From Monocercomonoides exilis PA203 (Eukaryota > Protista > Preaxostyla): a stretch of 64,000 nt of DNA. Each line of letters starts with the position of its first letter. Within the stretch, counting starts at the first letter, position 1. The notes under the pieces are model-generated. The model searched no databases, was not told where the DNA came from, and saw only the letters and a program-made list of their open reading frames with translations. A program made the position numbers and the translations under genes. The stretch lies in NCBI GenBank assembly GCA_001643675.2, contig LSRY02000010.1, positions 186,001 through 250,000 of the forward strand. The letters are read 5' to 3'. This document shows, piece after piece, positions 54,701-63,700 of this stretch.

Positions 54701-57700
54701 GAGATGGAGCGAGAGGAGTGGACAGTCGGGTGTGAGCAGGAGCACACGCTGATTGAGATGGGGCAGATAACAAGCTGTGGAGCAGGTGGGGATGGGGTGA
54801 TTGTGTCAGCGAAGAGGAACACGCTGTCGAACATTGTGTTCAGGATGGGGTCGGGTGTTGGGGTGGGTGTTGCGAGTGTGGTGGTCTGCCGAGGCAGCAT
54901 GCTCACGATGGCAGGGTGTGGGGTGCAGAAGCAGCAAGAAGACACAGTGTTTGGGTGTGTGTTTGTGCGTGTTGAGAAGGGAACAGTGAATGTGAGCTCG
55001 TTTGCTGTGAGCGGGATCAGATTTGTGTCTGGGTGCCTTGTGGGTGTGGAAGGAGAGCACAGCAAATGTGTGATGGATGGGTTGACATGCACGAACACCA
55101 CCACAGGTGGGGCAGGTGGAGTGATTGGGGTGTCTTTGTGCGGGTCACTCACTCTGCAGAACTCGAATATTTCAGATGGATCACAGGCACAGTCCCCGTT
55201 TGTGAAGGCAGGAGCACTGAGCACAATGCAAGTGATGAACTGCTCGTTTGTGTCGATGCAGCGCTCGAGTGGGAACGGATCGTGTGTGGATGTTGAGTGT
55301 GGTGATGGCGAGTGTGTGGAGGGAGAGAACGGGAGGATGGTGGTGATGGAGAACACTTGGTTCGAAGGGTGCAGTGTGGGTGGGGCATGCGAAGGAGGGG
55401 GTGCACTGGCACTGAGCATGGGGAAGTGCACACAGCTGAGAGTGACTGGGTGCACATTCGTGGGATGTGCAGCTCCAACAGGCAGCATGCACGGTCTGGG
55501 AGGAGGGATGCTGGTGCGCTTTGCAGGCGAGGCTGCTCCGTTTGTGGTGTCTGATCCAGTCTTTTCGGCAGACAATCCGAACGAAGCATCGTTTGGGCAC
55601 GATCTCTTCATTGAAGCACCGAGGCTGCGGTCAGTTGCCACTGCACAGACGCTTCCCTTTGCGGTGGAGAGCGCGCTCTCAGCTGTCCACGCGTTTGAGG
55701 GGTACGATGGCAGCGACAAGGCACATGCCATCCCGCTCATATTCTTCGTTCGTGAAATGGGGAACACGGCTCATGCAGACTCGGCAGCTGGGGTGGATGT
55801 TGATGCATGTGGGTTTGCAGCGTATCCGTGCCACACGCTTTCGCAGGCTGTGAGGCGCCTTTCAGGATGGCCCAAGCGTGTAGAAGTGGCAGGTCCGTTC
55901 GCGATGGAAGAGGCGCTGGGCCTGTCTGATCCAGCAGATCTGCAGATTGGCGGAGCAGCGCCAGGAGCAGAGTGCACTGTGATTGGCAAGGAATCTGGTG
56001 GTGAGGGGCTGGTTGTGCTCTCGGGAGAGCTGCCATCATCAACAGCCGCATTCTCTTCGTTGTGCTTTGTGCTTCCGCTCTCCATCAAGCAGCACCGCTC
56101 GCTGTTCTGCCAGGCCTCGCAGGGCACGCTTGCTGTGTCGAGTGCCTCCTTCATCCCCCACCAGTCAGCTGCCTCGCACACATTCACGCTGTTCACCGCG
56201 CTGTCTGGGCGTGTTGTGGTGGAGGATGTGGTGTGGCAGGGGATCAGGCTCATCGACACGCAGTGTGCAAACATGAGCGGGACGAGTGTGCTGGTGATGA
56301 GGAATGTGTCCTTTGTGGAAACGTGGACATCGTCTCCGAAGGGTCTGGTGTGGGTGTGGTCTGCAGGTGCAACAGCCTCCATGGAGGATGCGCGCTTTGA
56401 GCTGGCATCGCAGGAGCATCCCTGCCAGGCTGTGCATTCTGACCAAGCGCTCTCACTCGAGATCGCCAATGCCTCGTTCATCAACCAGTCTCGGAACACT
56501 GGGCATGGGAGCTGTGTCGAGTGCACAGTGAAGAGCGAGCAGACACTGGCGATCCAGGGATGCTCGTTCGAGATGTGCAGTGCGACCGATGGCAATGGGG
56601 GTGGGGTGTGTGTTGCGATGGAGGCAGGCGGAACAGCCAAAATCACCAGCTCTGAAGGCACAGCAACAGCATCTACTGCTGCTCCATCCACATTCACGAA
56701 ATGCACATCGCATCGAGGAGGAGCAGGGAGTGGAGGGTTTGGCGGGGGGTTGTTTGGGGTGCTTCAGGAAGGGGCGGTGGACTTTGTGGTTGGGGGTGTG
56801 GTGTTCAGCGGATGCACAGCTGACAGCGGGAACAACCTCTTCCTGCAGGCAAAGCAGCTGGCATCAGTGGCCAACAACAGAACACTGGGGTTTGTGTTCG
56901 ACATTGCCGAGGGAGTTGCTGATCTGAACGATCTGTGTGGGTGCAGCACAGACACCGCTGGCACACAGGCACCCATCCCCCTTGTTGTGTTCTTCCGCGC
57001 TCCACCGGCAGAGCGGTGTGTGGCTGATGGCGGGGCAGACAATGCAGTGTGCGGGTATTCGGACTATCCCTGCGAGACAATTGGTCAAGCAGCAAGCCCG
57101 CTAGTGGCACAGCAGTCGGTGGCGATCAAGATCCTGAGCCCCTTCACCCTCAAAGACGAGGTGCATCTGGAGGTTTGTCCCACAGTGATATCGGCTGGGG
57201 AGGTTGGGGGTACGATGGGTGTTGTGAATGGTGGGCGAGGAGAAAGGGCAGGGCTGATTGAGACATCGTGTGAGGTGACGTTTGTTTCTGTGTGCTTTGC
57301 GCATCCAGCTGTGCTGACAAACAGGAAGGCATTGATTGTGTGCAACGGTGGGGTGCTTGGGCTGAGCAGCTGCCAGTCGGTGCTGCAGGCAACAGCTGGG
57401 CTGAAGTGTGGGTTTGCGATTGTGCGTGTTGTGAAGGGGTCGTTGAGCATGAGCAGCTTCGAGATCAGAGGCACGCCTTTTGGGGTTGTTGGGCCATTTG
57501 TGTTTGAGGGGGCTGCTCAGGAGATCGAGAAAGTTGCCATCCACAACCTCACGCTGGAGGATGTGGCAACAGAGTCGGAGAGCGGGGTGCTGAGTGTCAG
57601 CAGGGTTGGGGTGTGGAAGCTGGGGAACTCGACAATCTCGAACTCTGCGCAGCAGTACTGCCCAGTGGTGGCGATGAGCGAGGTTGGGAGCAGCGAAGTG

Positions 57701-60700
57701 AGCAACGTCACATTTGAGAATCTGAACAGACACACCGGGTTTGGAGGGGTGGTGAGCTGTGCCATTGGCGCCAGCCAGACAGCACGCTTCGAGCGCTGCA
57801 CATTTGTGAGCTGTGAGATAATGAGCGCGAGCATGAAAGGAGGGAGTGTGTTTGCGAGTGTGGAGCAGACAGGCACGTTCGTGTTTGACACGAACAAGGT
57901 GAGCAGCAGTGGGGTGGATGGAGGCAGCGGACTTGGCGGGGGGCTGTATGTGTCGATGCTGGGGAGAACATCGGCCATCTCGATGAAGTCAAACACATTT
58001 GTGGCGAACAGGGCATGGAAGGGCAGGCATCTGTATCTGGAGTGCCCATCGCCTCGCAACACGATCCGGCCGCTGGACTTCGAAGACTCGTTTGATGCAG
58101 AGATGGAGGATGACGAGCTGTGGGTGCACGACGGGAGCTCAGGAGCAGTGGTGGACGAGACGCTGAAGCGGTATCTGTTCTCGTCGAGCGAGGAGATTGT
58201 GGTTGTCGACAGGGCGAGCGGGAGCGACACACCCACATGCGGGTCAGACCTGTTTCCGTGCGAGAGTGTATCGGAAGGGTATCTGAGGATGGGCACGAAG
58301 CAGACAACAATCCTGGTTGTGAGCTCGGCAGCACTCGCCACAGAGATCCGCAGAGACAGCCAGGCACTCACGATTGCTGGGCGGAACACCACATCGCTGC
58401 TGGTGCTGGGCGCAGGCGGGCACTTGGTGGTGAGCCCAAGCGAGGCGCTAGTCACGCTGACGATCCACAAGCTGGTGCTGAGCATGCCAGCAGAGCTGAG
58501 CCACACAGAAGCTGTTCTGGTGGGAGAGGGCGCGCTGCTGATGCGGCAGTGCGAGTTCAGAGCAGCAGACGAGGAGCAGAGCCACACAGGCACAGGAGTA
58601 TGGGCGCTGTGCATCCGGGGTGGAAAGGCGCAGCTGGATGCGGTTGGGGTGCGGGGCATGTGCTTTGCAGCAAGTGGCGGGTTTGTCTGGATGTGTGGAG
58701 GGAGCGCGCATCTCACACGCATCAGTGTGGAGTCTGTCTCAGCAGGTGGAGCTGGGCTGGTTGTTGGAGAAGGGAGCGGGGCACTGGAGCTGAAGGGATC
58801 GTCGTTTGAGGACTGTGTGCTGGATGGCGGGAGCACACTCAGCATTGGGAGAGGAGTGGATGCAGAGCTGTCTGGGAGCTGCTCGTGGAGCAGGTGTCGG
58901 TCGTCTGCTGGGAATGGGGCAGCGCTGAGGTGCAGCCTGGCTGGGTCGCAAAAGCTGAATGTGTCTGACTGCTCGTTCCAGGAGTGTGTGCTGGATGGAA
59001 ACATCAATGGCAAAGGCAATGGCAGTGGCAGTGGCAGTGGCAACAGCGAAGGGAAAGGGAAAGGGAAAGGAGGAGGGATATTCCTCGGGATCGACCAGAG
59101 CTCGACAAACAGCTTCAAGCTGTCTCATCTGGCATTTGGAGGGAATGAAGCAGCCTTCGGAAACAATCTGTTTCTGAAGTGTGCCGACCTGAACACAACA
59201 GCAACACCAGCCAGAATGGTGGATTTCATCTGCTCTGGAGATTCGCCACACGATCTCGAAGGAACAGACGAGCATCTCTTCTCGGGTGGTGTGCACGATC
59301 TGCGCCTCTTCCTGCAGCAGCGCCAGGCCTCCAGCTCCTGCATCTCTCCCAACGGCTTCGATATCCTGGGGTGCGGGTCAGAGGGGTATCCTTGTGCATC
59401 GCTCTGGCGAGGCATGCTGAACATCAATCCGGGCTCAGCCGACAAGACGCTGTCCATCAAGGCATCAGCACTCATCCAAAACGAGTTTGACCTGACATCC
59501 AGCACAGTCGCCTCCAGCAGCAGCACCGAAAAGGCAACAATCACATTTGCATCAGCCATTCTGGACAGCACCCGCAGCTGTGTTGTTCTGAGCACAGGCA
59601 GGCTGAGCTTCAACCGCCTCGATTTTTCTGTTGCTGGAGGAGCCTTTCTTCGCCACTCCGAGCTCATCTCCTCCTCCACGCCTCAAGGCCAGCTTCTGTT
59701 CGGCAACTGCTCGTTTGCTCCAGCTGGCACTTCTCAGATTGAAGGCACACTTGTTCGTGCTGAAGGAGGCAGCGTGCAGATGGAGGGGTGTGTGTTTGGT
59801 GCTTTTGCTCCCTCTTCGTCTCTCCTGTGCATCAGCGGCTCTCTGGAGATGAACACAACTGCATTTCAAGGGAGCCGTGCCTTGGGATGCGATGCAGGCG
59901 GGCTGATTGGGGTGAGTCTGGGGAGCGGGTGCCATCTGAGTGCTGCTGGGTGCGAGTTCAGCCACGGCGAGTGCAACAAGAAGACAGGCAGAGGAGGTGC
60001 GCTGTATGTGAAGAGCACAGAAGCAGATGCAGCTGGGCAGCCATTCCTTTTGGAGGCAGTCACTTTTGCGAGCAACGATGCAGCCAAAGGCAGAAACATT
60101 TTTGTGGACTGCTTCGACATCAATGCGAGTGTCACCCCAGCCACCTTCCACTTCCCGTATGAACCGTTTGTCGATGATCCGAATGCGCTTGTGGGGAGCG
60201 ACCAAACATTTGTCGATGCTGATCTGTTCCGCTTCCTTGTTCCGTACACATCCAGCGAGATCCACCTGTTGGATGCCGGATTCGACATTGCCCGGTGTGG
60301 ATCGCCGAACGATCCCTGCCGATCCTTTGTGACTGGCTTCGAGCACATCGACGCCTCGGCTGCACACAAAACGATCAGCATCGGCTGCTCAACAGCCATC
60401 AGCCGTCCCGCTGACATGTCGAACTTCACCTGCCAGTCGTTGCCCAGCGAGGAAGCAGCGCAGTCAGTGCTGCTGTTCCAGGAAGACAGCCAGGGATCCA
60501 ACCCATTCCTCCTGAACAGCTGGAGCCTCTCCCTTTCAGGGATCTGCCTCCAAGCTGTCAACGGGTTCAGCAACGAAGTCAGCGCAATCATCCTCAGCAA
60601 GCAGGGTTCATTGGCTCTGGACAAGTGTGCTTTTGAGCCACACACAAGTGTCGCTGAGCTGGGTGCTTATTCCTTTGCTGTTGTGGAAGCAGGAAGTCTC

Positions 60701-63700
60701 ACCTGCACACAGTTTGAGTCGACAAACGCACATCTCGTGTGCTCGATGTTTCTGCTGCATGCAGGATCAGCAGGCACATTCGATGCAATCCACATTTCTT
60801 CATGCAGCCTGTCCAACTGCTCCCTTGTCGAAGCAGCAAGCAGCACCAACCGCTCTCCCAATTCCCCTTCCTCAATTTCCATCTTCAGATCGACGTTGGT
60901 GGATATTGTGCAAACAGCGAACAAGTCGTGTGTTGTTTGGAGCAGGGGAGAAGGCGGGGCGGAGGTTGTTGTGAACGAGACAGATGTGGAAGGGTGCCGG
61001 TCGAGCAGCACAGAAAAGGGCGGGGCTGTGCATTATTTGCTGAGCAGCGGAGGACGGCTCGCCTGTGTGAACTCGACACTGATGCAGTGCAGCTGCTCCA
61101 CGGGAACAGGGATGGGCGGCGGGGTGTATCTGGAGACGAGCATGGACAGAGAGCTGGGGTTTTTGTTGCAGAAGATGGAGTTTGACAGCAACGCAGCGAG
61201 GCACGGGCGGGACATCTTTGTTGTGTGCCGGAACATCTCGGGGCAGATCAACGAGACGCAGTTCCGGTTTGACCTGCGAGAAGGGGTGTACAACCGGATC
61301 AACGCGATCTGCGGGCTGGACGATCTGAGCGAAGGGGTGGTCGACCTGATCTCGTTCATCACCACATACCAGGCGGCTGTGGTGTTTGTGTCGTCGGCGG
61401 GGGGCGAGGCGGGTGGCGGGAACAACAGCCGGCAGTGCGGCTCGGCGAGGCAGCCGTGTGCCACGATCGGGTATGGGCTGGGCCATGTTGTGATCGAGTA
61501 TGGGAGTGCTGTTGTGGTGGAGGGTGTGGGGTTGCTCGAGTGCGAGGCTGATTTCGAGAACATATCGCTCACCTCGAAGACAAGCAAAATGGCAGTGGTC
61601 TCGTTCAGCGAGCCGATTGTGCAAACACGCGATGCTCTGGTCGAGGCAGCTGGGCGTGTGAAGGTGGAAGGCATCCAGCTGGCGCCTGGCAGGGATCTCT
61701 CCTTGAGCCACTCGTTTGTGTTCTCAGCCGCAAATGCTGAATTCCAAATGATCTCATCGGCCATCCGCCCTGCTGAAGAGAGCAGCCCCAGTCTTCCAAG
61801 CCTTCCAAGCCTCCCCACCCTCGTTATGTGCAGCAGCGGTGAATGCACAATCGAGAAGTGTGTTGTGCGCTCTGTGGCCTTCCGCTCGTTCTTTGTTGGT
61901 GTGGACTGCGTTCTGTCAGTGAACAGGCTGAGTCTGTCGTCAGTTGAATTGGGTCAGCGTTGCTTCGATCTTTCGCAGGGCACAAAAGGGGTTGTTCTTC
62001 ACGAGGTCTCATTCGAGGGGATCAGGGCTGAGAGCACATTGGTTGTTGTGGAAAAGATGAGTGGAAAGGTGTTGGCAGACAACGAAGGCAGCGATGAGAT
62101 GTCTTTGTCATTGATCCAGTTCAGCAACATTTCTGTTCAGTCAGATGTGCCGGCTGCTGTTTCTTTGATTTCTCTGGAGAATCCTGTTGTCATGCAAAAC
62201 TGCTCGTTTGTTGGCTGCCAGTCGCATGCTGAAAGAGGAAGTGCTGGATCGATATTGCGCTGCTCGGCAGCTCGGGTGTGCACATGCATGTTTGATGGCA
62301 GCACCAGTGGCTCTTCTTCATCACTTTCCAGCTCAGGTGCAGCTGGTGGAGCGGAGGAGCTGTGCAGCTGGAATGGATCAGTTGTGGATGCAGAACAGAG
62401 CGAGGTGGCGATGGCAGACACCACCATTGCAAACTCGGCTGAGGGTGGACTGAGTGTGTCGGGGGGTTGTGTGAGTGCAGAGGCTGCCAACTTCACAGGC
62501 AATGCACCCTCGATCCCGAACTACCAGTCAGCCAGAAGAAACGTGCTGTGCAAGGCAAACGGGAAGCTGGTGCTGGTGAGTGTGAAGGGAGGAGATGGAA
62601 TGCTGCCAGACTCGTCACTGTGGATTGCCAACGAAGGGTGCGAGCTGGGGGGTTTGGCAAGTGACCGGGCATCTCCATTGTTCATCCCGCAGCTGACGAA
62701 CGTGACCATGGCACAGACAGGCACAGCCACACAGCTTGTGTTTTGGGGGGTGCTTCTCCTGCCCTGCAACCTCTTGTTCAAGGTTGTCACAGCACTTGGC
62801 GATGAGGAGGCAGTCGAGAAATACGAATTCCCCGAGAGCGGGTTTGTCTCAGAGACAGAAGCTCATGGCGTTATTCCCTCGTCAATACTCGAAGGCTCGC
62901 CAGATGAGGCAGAAGTCACTGTTTCGATTCTGTTTGGACCGATCCGCTCGGCATCCACTTCTTCTGTGGTGTTGAAGAACAGAAGCAAAAGCCAGACAAG
63001 TGGAGATGGAATCGTTGTTGAAGGAGGAAAAGAAGGAAAATCATGGGCCTTAATAATTGCAGTTATATTTGTTATTTTGTTCTTACTAGTTCTTGTTGTG
63101 TCTATTATCCTGGCTGTTCGATGGAAGAAGCAAAAGAGAAGAACAGAAGAATTGGAGATAATTGTGGAAGACAACATCAGAAAGGATCCGAAGGCATTTG
63201 AGATGGTGACGATGGAGATGTCTCCAGAGGCACAATGGAGGAGGGCAGAAAGAGAGGCTGAGAAGAAGAATGAAGAGAGGATAAAGAAGAGGGTGTATGA
63301 GAAAAGCTTGGGACATTCAGAGTCATCAGAACATCTTCTATCTGAGAGTGGCTCGACAGAATACATACTGGGAAAGGACTCAGATAAGATTCCCGATTGG
63401 GCACTGGAAAAGGAGGAAGAGGAAGAGATAAGAAAGAGAACGCCATCTCCATCCATTTCATCCACTTCAACAACAGACACTTCAGACACAGATACCACAT
63501 TTGTTCGAACGGAGAGTCTGTGCCCCACCACCTCATCGATGTCGAATCTGGTGGATGCAATGGCATGTTCATCTCCTCATGAGAAGCTGATTGTGGATTT
63601 GAGAGATTCGCTGTTCATGTTGCTTCATGGGAGAAATGAGAAAAAAGAGATGGCGATTGGCACCCTTCAGGAGAGAGAAGTGACAGCTGCCCAAATCCTG

